From: Candidatus Microgenomates bacterium
Lineage (GTDB): Bacteria > Patescibacteriota > Microgenomatia > UBA8517
DNA length: 49,540 nucleotides
Reading direction: 5' to 3'
NCBI GenBank assembly: GCA_016784385.1
Contig: JADHUT010000004.1
Coordinates: 1-49,540, forward strand
The translations under genes and the position numbers were made by a program. Below are positions 28,166 to 37,575 of this stretch, piece after piece. The notes under the pieces are model-generated. The model ran no database searches, had not been told where the DNA came from, and saw only the letters and a program-made list of their open reading frames with translations. The stretch's first letter is position 1, and each line of letters opens with the position of its first letter.

Positions 28166-29323
28166 ATGGCATTAGTTAAACCAGACTCAGCAAGAATAGC
28201 TAAAATAAAAGTAATTGGAGTGGGTGGTGGTGGAGGAAACGCAGTTTCCTCAATGGTAGAAAACGAAACTATCGCTGGAGTTGAGTTTATAGTCGCAAAC
28301 ACTGATGCACAAGTACTTCTAGCCAACAAAGCTCCAACAAAAATTCAGATCGGCGAAAAACTTACAAAGGGCTTAGGAGTTGGTGGAAATCCAGAAGTAG
28401 GGGAAGCTGCAGCAGAAGAATCAATTGAAAAGATAAAAGAGTTGATGATTGATGTTGACATGGTTTTTGTGACTGCTGGAATGGGTGGAGGAACAGGAAC
28501 AGGAGCTGCTGCAGTTATTGCAAAAGTAGCCAAAGAAGCAGGAGCGTTGACAGTTGGAATTGTAACAAAACCATTTGCATTTGAAGGAACAAGAAGGACG
28601 GTGGTAGCTGAAGATGGAATAGAAAAGTTAAGAGAGCAAGTTGATACTTTAATTGTCATTCCAAACCAACGCCTTATGGATGTAATTGACAGGAAAATGA
28701 CCTTAGTGGAAGCCTTCAAGGTAGTAGATTCAGTTCTAGAACAAGCAGTTGGTGGAATTTCAGAAATTATAACCACCCCAGGTCTTGTTAACGTTGATTT
28801 TGCAGACGTAAAAGCAATTATGAGTGATGCTGGTACTGCACTACTTGGTATTGGAACAGGGGTTGGAGAAAATAGGGCACAAATGGCAGCAAGAGCAGCT
28901 GTTTCTTCTCCATTATTAGACCTTTCCATAGAAGGAGCCAGAGGAGTTTTGTTCAATATTGCAGGTGGAAATGACTTGACCATGTTTGAGGTAGATGAAG
29001 CCGCAAGAATCATAAGCTCAGCTGCAGATCCTGATGCAAATATTATTTTTGGATCAGTAATCAAAGACGATCTTTCAGATCAAGTAAGAATTACTGTCAT
29101 AGCAACTGGATTTGATGAAACAAGAGCGAGAATTGCACAACTCAGCAAACCAACAAAACCAGTGGTGCAAGGAGTAGTATCTGAAGGAAAACCTTTAGAT
29201 GATGAAGAAGAAGAGAGCACCTCAAATGGTCAGATGGATGATGATGAGAATGGAAATGACAAAGATAATGACACTTTTGGGGAAAAATTTGAAATTCCTG
29301 CATTTCTTCGTAAAATCCGCTAA
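28166..29323 (+). CDS. ftsZ: Cell division protein FtsZ
   Basis: [25 protein letters not shown]-terminal EIPAFLR. Confidence 0.99.
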   Translation: MALVKPDSARIAKIKVIGVGGGGGNAVSSMVENETIAGVEFIVANTDAQVLLANKAPTKIQIGEKLTKGLGVGGNPEVGEAAAEESIEKIKELMIDVDMVFVTAGMGGGTGTGAAAVIAKVAKEAGALTVGIVTKPFAFEGTRRTVVAEDGIEKLREQVDTLIVIPNQRLMDVIDRKMTLVEAFKVVDSVLEQAVGGISEIITTPGLVNVDFADVKAIMSDAGTALLGIGTGVGENRAQMAARAAVSSPLLDLSIEGARGVLFNIAGGNDLTMFEVDEAARIISSAADPDANIIFGSVIKDDLSDQVRITVIATGFDETRARIAQLSKPTKPVVQGVVSEGKPLDDEEEESTSNGQMDDDENGNDKDNDTFGEKFEIPAFLRKIR

Positions 29324-29368
29324 ATAAAAAACTGGAAGGGAGGGGTAATTTGTCGTAGAATTAGCCCA

Positions 29369-30406
29369 ATGAGTAAAAGATATGATGTTTGGATTTTGGT
29401 ACCCATTATTTTTCTTTTGGCTTTAAGTTTTGTAGTTTTGCACTCTATTGCTCCTCATATTTTCCCTTCTTATATTTGGTATTTTGTATTGGGTATACTA
29501 GCCTTTCTTTTGTTTTCACTTTTTGATTTTGAAGTATTGTCTGCATTTTCTAAGTACTTCTATGGAATTAGTATAATTTTGCTTCTAATTACGATTCTAA
29601 TAGGTCAAGTTACAAGAGGAACGGTGAGATGGATTCCAATAGGTTCACTTTCAATCCAAACTTCAGAAATTGTAAGACCATTCCTTCTCATTTTTTTTGC
29701 CAATTACCTGACAGAGAAAAAACTAGATTTCAAAAGGTTCTACAAGGCATTAGGGTTATTTGCACTTCCTGCGTTTTTAATTTTGATTCAACCTTCTCTG
29801 GGAGTTGCAGTTCTGACTACAATTGGTTTTTTTGGAATATTTATAGCATCTGATTTCAAAAAGAAAAATTTGCTTGTTGCTGGAATTGGAGTATTTTGCC
29901 TTCTTCCTTTACTGTGGTTTGTTCTTGCTCCTTATCAAAAACAAAGAATAACAACATTTCTGGATCCTTCTAAAGATCCCCTGGGGGCAGGATACAATTC
30001 CATTCAATCAATGGTATCAGTAGGATCTGGAAAACTAACAGGAAGAGGGCTTGGTAGAGGAGTACAAACACAGCTTTACTTCTTGCCAGAAAAACATACT
30101 GATTTTATTTTTGCGAGCGTGTCGGAAGAAATGGGTTTTGTGGGAGCAACAGTTCTTCTTTTTGTTACAGCAATTTTATTTTGGAGGATACTATATTTTT
30201 CAGAAAGAGCAGTTAACCCACAAGCCCGGGGCTATCTTTCGGGGCTTTTTCTAATGCTTTTTGCGCAAGTAGTGGTGCATGTTGGTATGAATATGGGGTT
30301 ACTTCCCATTACAGGTGTACCATATCCATTAGTTTCTGCAGGAGGGTCTTCACTACTTGCAACAATGACTTCACTAGGGATTGTATTGGGGACCATAAAA
30401 CATTAA
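29369..30406 (+). CDS. rodA: Rod shape-determining SEDS protein RodA
   Basis: RWI, DPLGAGYN, LPEKHTDFIF, PITGVPYPLVSAGGSS. Confidence 0.9.
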   Translation: MSKRYDVWILVPIIFLLALSFVVLHSIAPHIFPSYIWYFVLGILAFLLFSLFDFEVLSAFSKYFYGISIILLLITILIGQVTRGTVRWIPIGSLSIQTSEIVRPFLLIFFANYLTEKKLDFKRFYKALGLFALPAFLILIQPSLGVAVLTTIGFFGIFIASDFKKKNLLVAGIGVFCLLPLLWFVLAPYQKQRITTFLDPSKDPLGAGYNSIQSMVSVGSGKLTGRGLGRGVQTQLYFLPEKHTDFIFASVSEEMGFVGATVLLFVTAILFWRILYFSERAVNPQARGYLSGLFLMLFAQVVVHVGMNMGLLPITGVPYPLVSAGGSSLLATMTSLGIVLGTIKH

Positions 30407-30424
30407 AGCCACCATTCTGTATTT

Positions 30425-30700
30425 TTATCTTCTTCGTAAAAAAGCTTTCATTTCAGGAGTATTGTTGAATTTAAAAAGATCTAATCCACTTTTTTCAACA
30501 GTTGTTCTACCTATCGTGTCACCGACAGAGTTAACGCCTTCTGTTTCAAAGGTTATACCGTCTGTCTTTTCCGCAACTGTTTTTCTTATAAGAGCCTCTT
30601 CTTCTGTCATACTTACAACAAAGTCAACCGGAGGTTTCAATCTCATATATTTCTTTTTTTCTCTTGATGTAATCCACTTTATTATTATTCTTTCACCCAT
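30425..30700 (-). CDS. Small hypothetical protein
   Basis: 91-aa antisense ORF with TATAAT 6 nt before ATG. Confidence 0.6.
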   Translation of the reverse strand: MGERIIIKWITSREKKKYMRLKPPVDFVVSMTEEEALIRKTVAEKTDGITFETEGVNSVGDTIGRTTVEKSGLDLFKFNNTPEMKAFLRRR

Positions 30701-30822
30701 AGTTACATTATAACTTATTTTTTTATTCTTTTAAAGTACAAAATTCTCACTTTGTTACAAAGATCATATTTTTACCTTTTCTCCTTGTTTTTGCACTCGA
30801 TACACACTAAAATACCTAACGT

Positions 30823-31245
30823 ATGGCAAAAGTTACTGAAACAAAGAAAAAAATTGCAAAAAAAGTGGTAGTCAAGAAAACTACATCTAAGGAAAAAAAA
30901 GTTGCTGGAAAATCTGCTGTTAAAAAATATGCAGTTATTCGTATAAACGGCAGGCAGTACATAGTGGAAGAAGGAAAAGAACTTCTTGTAGATAAGCTGA
31001 GCTTGGCCGGCTCCGCCGGTAAAATAGAGACTATAACACCCGAGGTATTGCTTGTGGTTGTGGGAGACAGTGTAAAGGTGGGAAAACCAATAGTAACTGG
31101 GGTTTCTGTAAAAATCAAAGTAATTACAGAAATTGAAAAAGGTAAAAAATTAAGAGTATTTAAGTACAAATCAAAATCCCGCTATCGAAAAACAGTCGGC
31201 TTCAGGCCAAAATACACAAGAATATTAATTGAAAAGATTTCTTAA
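30823..31245 (+). CDS. rplU: 50S ribosomal protein bL21 with a Lys-rich N-terminal extension
   Basis: YAVIRINGRQYIVEEG, GKP, KGKKLRVFKYKSKSRYRK..GFR. Confidence 0.95.
   Translation: MAKVTETKKKIAKKVVVKKTTSKEKKVAGKSAVKKYAVIRINGRQYIVEEGKELLVDKLSLAGSAGKIETITPEVLLVVVGDSVKVGKPIVTGVSVKIKVITEIEKGKKLRVFKYKSKSRYRKTVGFRPKYTRILIEKIS
30993..31022 (+). repeat. 27-bp double-hairpin element inserted in frame in rplU
   Basis: TAA-GCTGAGCTTG-GCCGGC-TCC-GCCGG-TAA; adds LSLAGSAGK; removal restores LLVDKIE. Confidence 0.88.
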
Positions 31246-31277
31246 CAAAATAACTCAAACTACATCTTTCTGGTCTC

Positions 31278-31306
31278 TTGACAAGCGTGAAAATGTGGTT
31301 TATATT
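31278..31306 (+). promoter_or_regulatory. Sigma70-type promoter for rpmA-parB
   Basis: TTGACA-17 nt-TATATT. Confidence 0.6.
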
Positions 31307-31317
31307 GAACACTAACT

Positions 31318-31578
31318 ATGGCACACAAGAAAGCAGGAGGAAAAACAGGACAACACATTAGCCCAAGTGGTAAAAGGTTGGGTACAAAAGTATCTGATGG
31401 TCAAACTGTTAGTGGTGGAGAGATATTAATAAGACAACGTGGGACTAAAATTGCAGCAGGTAAAAATGTAAAAGTAGGTAGAGACCACACTTTGTTTTCA
31501 ACAGTTGCTGGTGTAGTGAGATTTGGTACAAAACTAGGTAAAAATATTGTTAATGTAGTTGAGAGTAAAACTAAATAA
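31318..31578 (+). CDS. rpmA: 50S ribosomal protein bL27
   Basis: [24 protein letters not shown]. Confidence 0.98.
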   Translation: MAHKKAGGKTGQHISPSGKRLGTKVSDGQTVSGGEILIRQRGTKIAAGKNVKVGRDHTLFSTVAGVVRFGTKLGKNIVNVVESKTK

Positions 31579-32414
31579 TGGCAGAAGAAATAGTACAACT
31601 AGACGTAAATCAACTCCAACCAAATCCTCTTCAACCTCGTGGTGCAATAACTCCTGAAAGTTTAGTAGACCTTGTTGATTCAATTCGAGAGCACGGTGTA
31701 CTAGAACCATTAGTCATAGCCAAAACTCCAGCAGGATTTCAGTTAATTGCAGGTGAGAGAAGATGGAGAGCATCAAAATTGGCAGGATTAACCCATGTTC
31801 CTGTAATTATTAGAGAAACTACTCCAAAAGGAATGCTTGAGATGGCAATTGTTGAAAATGTGCAAAGAGTTGATCTTAATGCACTTGACCGCGCAAAGGG
31901 TTTTGAAAGATTAATGGATGAGTTTGGACTAACTACTAGTGAGGTTGCAGTACGAATTGGAAAATCAGTTGCATATGTAAGTAACTCCCTAAGGCTATTA
32001 ACACTACCTGATGCCCTGAAAGACGGACTACTCTCCGGGCTTATCTCAGAAGGTCATGCAAGGGCACTAGCAGCTGTTGATGATGTAGACTTGATGGTTG
32101 AAGCATACAAAATAATTCTTCGTGAGAGTGGATCTGTAAGAAGAGCAGAAGAGCTTGCAAGAAGGATGAAAGCACAGTCAAATCAAACCCCAAAAGTAAA
32201 TCTTCCCAAGATGCACATAGTTTCAGAAGAAATTGACAGAATGAAAGAAAGTTTTGAAAAAGCATTAGGGGGAGTAGAAAAAGAAGGCAAAAAACTAAAT
32301 GAAGTGAAATTAGCAAGAAGCAGAAGAGAAACAAGGCTTACTTTTGTACTAAAAGGATCTCTAGAAGACACAGAACAAAGACTAAATTTGATTCACAAAG
32401 CTATAACTTCATAA
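31578..32414 (+). CDS. parB: Chromosome partitioning protein ParB
   Basis: NPLQPR, IAGERRWRA, ENVQR, HTH, SEGHARAL. Confidence 0.95.
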   Translation: MAEEIVQLDVNQLQPNPLQPRGAITPESLVDLVDSIREHGVLEPLVIAKTPAGFQLIAGERRWRASKLAGLTHVPVIIRETTPKGMLEMAIVENVQRVDLNALDRAKGFERLMDEFGLTTSEVAVRIGKSVAYVSNSLRLLTLPDALKDGLLSGLISEGHARALAAVDDVDLMVEAYKIILRESGSVRRAEELARRMKAQSNQTPKVNLPKMHIVSEEIDRMKESFEKALGGVEKEGKKLNEVKLARSRRETRLTFVLKGSLEDTEQRLNLIHKAITS

Positions 32415-32443
32415 ATAACTCTTGTCAATTTTTTGAAAATATT

Positions 32444-33001
32444 TTAATAGTCAGGAGTTTCAACTTTTCCTGTTTGTTTAGGTGGCCAATATACAACCCA
32501 TGCTCTTCCAGCCATACTTTTTTTGTCAATAGGTCCCCACATACGAGAATCTGATGAATGTGGCCTGTTGTCTCCAATTGCAAAGAAAAGACCTTCTGGT
32601 ACTATGTATGATTCTCCTTCTGACAAAAAGTTTCCTGGATTTGTAGGAACAATGTCTGCAATGTAGTCTTCTTTGAGTAATTTGTCATTTATATATACTT
32701 TTCCATTTTTAAGAGAAACTGTTTCTCCCGGGAGTCCAATTACACGCTTTATAAATTCATCATCAGAAACAGGGGGTTTGAATACTATTACATCACCTCT
32801 TTGTGGTTCATTGAAGTAATAACTTACCTTTTCAGTTAATAAATACTCTCCATCAGGAAAATTTGGTTCCATCGAGGCACCTTTAATTTTGTGTGGGCGT
32901 AGGATTAGAAGGTAAACTATTAAAAATATCCCAACAGCTAATACAATTACCTCTAAAATGTCCAAAAAAAAAGCACCTAGACGTTTAAACATATTATTCA
33001 T
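32444..33001 (-). CDS. lepB: Signal peptidase I
   Basis: GASMEPN, RGDVIVF, FIKRVIGLPG, GDNRPHSSDSR. Confidence 0.96.
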   Translation of the reverse strand: MNNMFKRLGAFFLDILEVIVLAVGIFLIVYLLILRPHKIKGASMEPNFPDGEYLLTEKVSYYFNEPQRGDVIVFKPPVSDDEFIKRVIGLPGETVSLKNGKVYINDKLLKEDYIADIVPTNPGNFLSEGESYIVPEGLFFAIGDNRPHSSDSRMWGPIDKKSMAGRAWVVYWPPKQTGKVETPDY

Positions 33002-33011
33002 TATGAAAGCA

Positions 33012-34076
33012 TTAACTTTTTTTTACAAGTAGCACGTCGTGTGAGCCACTTTCCCTCATTCCTGAGGCAGTAATTTGAGTGAATTGGGCTTTTTTCCAAA
33101 GTTGCGCAATGTTTTTTGCTCCTGAGTATGAAAAACCAGAGCGAATATTGGCATTCATTTTTTCTATGACATCTTTTAGATCTCCCTTGTATTCAACCAA
33201 ACTTTCAACTCCTTCAATTTGTTTTATGTAATGAGTCTCCAATTCTTTTCCATTTCGTCTTACATGTTTTTTCTTTTCAGCGAGAGATGTAGAAGCATTG
33301 TATTGTTTGAAAAAAAGACCATTTTTCTTTATCAATTTACCTGGAGACTGTTTACTTCCTGCAAGTAGACTACCAGTCATGATTGCACAGGAGCCTGCAG
33401 CCAAAGCTTTTACAATATCTCCTGAATTTTTGGTTCCTCCATCAGCGATAATAGTTTTGTTGTATTTTTTTGCAGCTCTTGACGCTTCAAGAATTGCAGT
33501 AATCTGTGGAACCCCTGAACCTGTTTCAATTCGTGTGGTACAAATGCTTCCAGGTCCCACCCCAACCTTTACACTATCTGCTCCTGCCAAAAATAAAGCC
33601 TTAGCTGCCTCGAAAGTTGCAACATTACCTGAAACTATGTCAATTTTTCCACCAAACATTCTTTTCAGTTTTCTTGTAGCTGAAATGGCCTTTTGCATGT
33701 GTCCGTGTGCCACATCTAAAAATAATACGTCAACACCGGCTGCAACTAAGGCTTGTGCCCTTGGTATTATTCCGTTTCTTGATCCAATTGCACCACCCAC
33801 TATTACATTTTGTTTTTTAACTTTTGCAACCTGGCTTGCATGTGAGGCAATTGAATCAAAACGTGGTAAAACTCCAAGACCACCCAACTTACCAAGTGCT
33901 ATAGCCAATTTTGCATCTGTTGCATCACTCATGTTGGCAGAAATAATAGGGGTAGTTAATTTAATTTTAGGGGTAATTTGTGATTCTAGACTTACATCGT
34001 TTCTGCTGTGTATTTTTGAGTATTGTGGAATTAGGAGAACATCATCGTATGATAGTGATAGAGAAATGGTTTTCAT
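33012..34076 (-). CDS. IMP dehydrogenase/GMP reductase family protein without CBS domains
   Basis: YDDVLL, DVAHGH, GNVAT, VGVGPGSICTTR, IADGG, EGV; the YNASTS flap is more GMP-reductase-like than the IMPDH YRGMGS. Confidence 0.88.
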   Translation of the reverse strand: MKTISLSLSYDDVLLIPQYSKIHSRNDVSLESQITPKIKLTTPIISANMSDATDAKLAIALGKLGGLGVLPRFDSIASHASQVAKVKKQNVIVGGAIGSRNGIIPRAQALVAAGVDVLFLDVAHGHMQKAISATRKLKRMFGGKIDIVSGNVATFEAAKALFLAGADSVKVGVGPGSICTTRIETGSGVPQITAILEASRAAKKYNKTIIADGGTKNSGDIVKALAAGSCAIMTGSLLAGSKQSPGKLIKKNGLFFKQYNASTSLAEKKKHVRRNGKELETHYIKQIEGVESLVEYKGDLKDVIEKMNANIRSGFSYSGAKNIAQLWKKAQFTQITASGMRESGSHDVLLVKKS

Positions 34077-34173
34077 AATTTTTCAAACACATATTTAACA
34101 ATATATCTTTAAAAAATTAAAATCAATTCTGTAAAAGTACTTTTTAATCTGATAATATTAAAGGTTAATAGCT

Positions 34174-34247
34174 GGTCGCATAGCTCAGCTGGCTAGAGCG
34201 TACGATTCACATTCGTAAGGTCCCTGGTTCGAGCCCAGGTGCGACCA
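34174..34247 (+). tRNA. tRNA-Val(CAC)
   Basis: Acceptor GGTCGCA/TGCGACC, D arm GCTC/GAGC, anticodon arm TACGA-TTCACAT-TCGTA, T arm CCTGG-TTCGAGC-CCAGG; CCA not encoded. Confidence 0.96.
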
Positions 34248-34289
34248 CACGAGTAATTGGATTATTCTCAAAAGTGTACACTAAACAAA

Positions 34290-34937
34290 ATGAATAAAAG
34301 ACTGAAATATTTGTTAATTTGGGCAACATTTTTATTTGCTGGACCAATAGCCGTCTATTTAAATACAGATATGCAAGTTATTGGAACTAATAGAATACTA
34401 ATAACTAATTTAATTCAAAGGTATTTAGGAACGGCCATTTTTGGAATGCTTGCTTTTCAAATTGTTTTTAGAGAAAAGATTAGTATTACCGCACACAAAC
34501 TAAGTGGAGCACTAATATATAGTTTGGTTTTACTCCACCCGGCTTTATGGATAGTTCAAAATTATTTCTTGAGGGGAAGTGTGGATATTTACTACCCCTT
34601 CATTGATATCTGTGGATTGTGTAAAGGTCCTGGTGAGTATTTTTATAATTCAGGACGATTGGCTTTTTGGAGTATTACATTGGCAGTTGGGGCTGCAGTT
34701 TTAGTTAGAATCATCAAAGACAAATGGTTGAGTAAAAATTGGAAAAATTTTCATGTATTAAACTATTTTGCATTTTACTTTGTGTCAATTCATGCTATTG
34801 GAATAGGTAGTGATATTACTCACCCTCTATTTATAATTTTATTTGTGATATCTCACATTTTAGTAGGAATGACTATAAAGAGGAGATTAAAGCTTGTAGG
34901 TTTGAAATCAAAGCTAAAGAAACTTCTGAGTCTATAA
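34290..34937 (+). CDS. Ferric reductase-like / MsrQ-like transmembrane protein
   Basis: Multiple TM helices with paired His (HKLSG...LLHP; WKNFHVLNY...IH); ATG 34290 lies 7 nt after TACACT. Confidence 0.7.
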   Translation: MNKRLKYLLIWATFLFAGPIAVYLNTDMQVIGTNRILITNLIQRYLGTAIFGMLAFQIVFREKISITAHKLSGALIYSLVLLHPALWIVQNYFLRGSVDIYYPFIDICGLCKGPGEYFYNSGRLAFWSITLAVGAAVLVRIIKDKWLSKNWKNFHVLNYFAFYFVSIHAIGIGSDITHPLFIILFVISHILVGMTIKRRLKLVGLKSKLKKLLSL

Positions 34938-36780
34938 ACCAGGGTGTTAACCAACTTGTCTGTGTTTTAACAGAATATAGTATGACCTTAGCTTTAGAAT
35001 ATTCTCCCTTTTTGTAATATCTTTCAGATTTTTCAATTTGTTTTTTGAGTGAGTTGTATACTTTTTCAGACTTAAGCCTTTTCCTCCCAAACAATTTGTA
35101 AATATTTCTTAACCCTTTTTTGTTTTTCTTGGGCTTTTTATAATCCTTGTCATAATTAATCAATTTATTTTTATACGCATTTTCCAAATCGGAAAGAATT
35201 TGTTTGTATGTTGTTACAACATTGTTTTGTGTATTGAAAGACACTGGATATTGGTCTTTTTCGTTTTCGAATATGTACCCATCAAAGTTTTGTTTAATTA
35301 CATTTCCTTCTTCGTCATATAAATAAACATCCAACTGATATGATCCACCTCCACCACCCACAGATAGTGTGTACGATCCATTGGTCGGTTTTGAGAAGAG
35401 TAAAATAGACAGTGTTTCTCCATTTTCAGTTGTGGTACCTTCTTCAACAATAGGACCTTCAAGAAAATTTTGGGTAGGTACCAAATTACCAAATTCATCA
35501 AAAAGCTGTAGCACAATATTTTCATCAGCGACAAACATCATGTATGAAAGATCTGTTTGGCTTGGTGTAAAGGTGTTAAGTGCCAAAAGATTTGGGTATG
35601 AAGCAAGTGTATCTCTACCTGAATATCCTGGATCGTTAATTTCAAAAGATGAACCAGTCTCACCCTTGCTGACTACAAAGTGACCTGGGACTTTTACAAT
35701 TGCCGGCCTATCATTTTCAAGCTCATTCAATATATTTTCAGATGTAGGTGGTAAACGTAAATATTCAAGTCTTGGATGAGAAAATCTGCTTACTGCAAGC
35801 CAATTTATAAGACCATTTCGTACATACCCATCAGGTTCATTGTTTAGCCAATCATTTAAAATATCAGGAGTAACAAAATTAAATCCGTGATACTGAAGTA
35901 CCATGGCTGCAGAGGTCAATGCACAACCAAGAGCAGAAATTGTGGAAGAAGTGTGATCATATATTTCATTCTCCCACCCACCCACAAATTGTTTTATATC
36001 TGGAACAGGCAAAGAGATATATAAAGGTGTTGGGGAAGGAGATGGTGTGGGTGAAGGGCTTGCAGAAGGTGATGGACTTGGGCTGGGAGTGGTAGTTGGT
36101 ATGGGAGATGGTGTGGATGTATCAATTGATTTCACTTCAATATTGTCAAAAAGAATGTTTGCGCCTGATGATCCAGCAAATGAGGCTAATGCCACACGTC
36201 CAGTTAAAAATGGACTAGAATGATCTGTGAAATCAATTGAAGGAATTGACGAATTATTGATAAAGAGTTTGATGTTATTATCTTGTAGTTTTATGTTGAT
36301 ATGCGAAAGTGAATTGTTGGGTATAGATAGATTGGTGTTAAGTTCTAAACGGGTACTAATGGAAGGATCAAACTTTACAAGCACAATCCTGTCTGCTTTT
36401 AGGTGTAACATGTATCCAACCGGAAGATCTAATTGTGAATTTGCTGTTGACCTTTGATTTTGGACTCTAAAAAAAATATTTCGATCAGTTCCAGTTTTAG
36501 GAAAAATATCAAAAGAGAATTCATAGTTGGTCCAGGTAAAGTCTCCAGCCTGAATTTCTGCATTATTTGATGGTGAAGTAGACGTTTCTAACCACTTAGA
36601 TGAATTATTGTCGACGATGCTCCAAGAACCATCATGTATGGTCCAGCCATTAAGATTGTTTTGCTCAAAATCATCCTCAAAGAGAATATTTGATGAATTA
36701 ACAGTATGGGGTTGTATTAGAAAAGTATAAGTCAGAAAAAATAGTGAAAATATGTAGAATATTCTTTTCTTGAAAGACAT
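34873..36780 (-). CDS. Secreted multidomain protein: beta-sandwich (DUF1080/ConA-like) domain, P/S/T linker, C39-like cysteine peptidase domain
   Basis: Signal peptide, LFEDDFE...FDNI domain, TPSPSP repeats, Q..W, GCALTSAAM, GHFVV, INDP. Confidence 0.75.
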   Translation of the reverse strand: MSFKKRIFYIFSLFFLTYTFLIQPHTVNSSNILFEDDFEQNNLNGWTIHDGSWSIVDNNSSKWLETSTSPSNNAEIQAGDFTWTNYEFSFDIFPKTGTDRNIFFRVQNQRSTANSQLDLPVGYMLHLKADRIVLVKFDPSISTRLELNTNLSIPNNSLSHINIKLQDNNIKLFINNSSIPSIDFTDHSSPFLTGRVALASFAGSSGANILFDNIEVKSIDTSTPSPIPTTTPSPSPSPSASPSPTPSPSPTPLYISLPVPDIKQFVGGWENEIYDHTSSTISALGCALTSAAMVLQYHGFNFVTPDILNDWLNNEPDGYVRNGLINWLAVSRFSHPRLEYLRLPPTSENILNELENDRPAIVKVPGHFVVSKGETGSSFEINDPGYSGRDTLASYPNLLALNTFTPSQTDLSYMMFVADENIVLQLFDEFGNLVPTQNFLEGPIVEEGTTTENGETLSILLFSKPTNGSYTLSVGGGGGSYQLDVYLYDEEGNVIKQNFDGYIFENEKDQYPVSFNTQNNVVTTYKQILSDLENAYKNKLINYDKDYKKPKKNKKGLRNIYKLFGRKRLKSEKVYNSLKKQIEKSERYYKKGEYSKAKVILYSVKTQTSWLTPWFIDSEVSLALISNLQALISSL

Positions 36781-36846
36781 CCTATACTCATAACACATCA
36801 TTTTATTTTTTTTGTCAAGTTTCACCCATACTGTTACACTTGTTGG

Positions 36847-37575
36847 ATGATAAATTATGATGACTGGCATAACAATTCAACTCTTCAGAAAAAGATAATT
36901 GGAGAGAAAAATTTTACTTATAGACATTTTTTAGAAAAAGTAATTCCAAATATAAAAAAATCTACAGAACTTCTGGATGTTGGTTGTGGTGTTGGTACCA
37001 TAGATTTTTTTCTTGCAAAGAAAGTCAAAAAGGTTGTTGGTATAGATGTGTCTGAAAATTCTATAAAAATAGCACAAAGAAACGCAAAGCTACTTAATTT
37101 AGAGAAAAATCTTGTCTACATGGTGATGAATTTCCCAGAAGACGTTCCCAATATGAAATTTGACTTAGTAGTTTGCTCTGAAGTGCTCGAACATCTAAAA
37201 GATGATTCGAAAGCGGTTGTACAAATTTATTCTTTATTAAAACGAGGTGGAGTTTCAATAATATCAGTTCCATTGAATTCTGCTCCATTATATAAATTAG
37301 GTTTAATGGGAGGCTTTGATAAAAAGGTTGGACATCTACGTAGATATTCAGTAGAAGAAGTCGTAGACCTTTTAGAAAATAATGGTTTTAAGATAAAGAA
37401 AACATTTCTTGTAGAAGGAATGTTTAGGAATTTTTTATTCACTCACCGTATAGGGAACTTCTTTGTCCGAGTAGCCAATAGGTTTAGTTTTGTGTCGGAT
37501 ATCTATACCGCTATTGATGTTTGGCTAGGTAAACTACTTGGTTTTTCAGATGTGTATATAATCGCCAAAAAATGA
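36847..37575 (+). CDS. Class I SAM-dependent methyltransferase
   Basis: LDVGCGVG, FDLVVCSEVLEH, GHLRRY. Confidence 0.9.
   Translation: MINYDDWHNNSTLQKKIIGEKNFTYRHFLEKVIPNIKKSTELLDVGCGVGTIDFFLAKKVKKVVGIDVSENSIKIAQRNAKLLNLEKNLVYMVMNFPEDVPNMKFDLVVCSEVLEHLKDDSKAVVQIYSLLKRGGVSIISVPLNSAPLYKLGLMGGFDKKVGHLRRYSVEEVVDLLENNGFKIKKTFLVEGMFRNFLFTHRIGNFFVRVANRFSFVSDIYTAIDVWLGKLLGFSDVYIIAKK

Noticed and set aside
27002..29064. Long minus-strand ORFs (171, 142 and 239 aa)
   Set aside because: Antisense shadows of ftsA and ftsZ caused by codon bias.
33298..34098. 266-aa plus-strand ORF
   Set aside because: Antisense shadow of the IMPDH/GMP reductase gene.
36025..36120. DNA tandem repeat
   Set aside because: Low-complexity Pro/Ser/Thr linker coding sequence with varied codons.
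34174..36780. tRNA-anchored genomic island or prophage
   Set aside because: No integrase and no duplicated tRNA 3' end were seen in the window.
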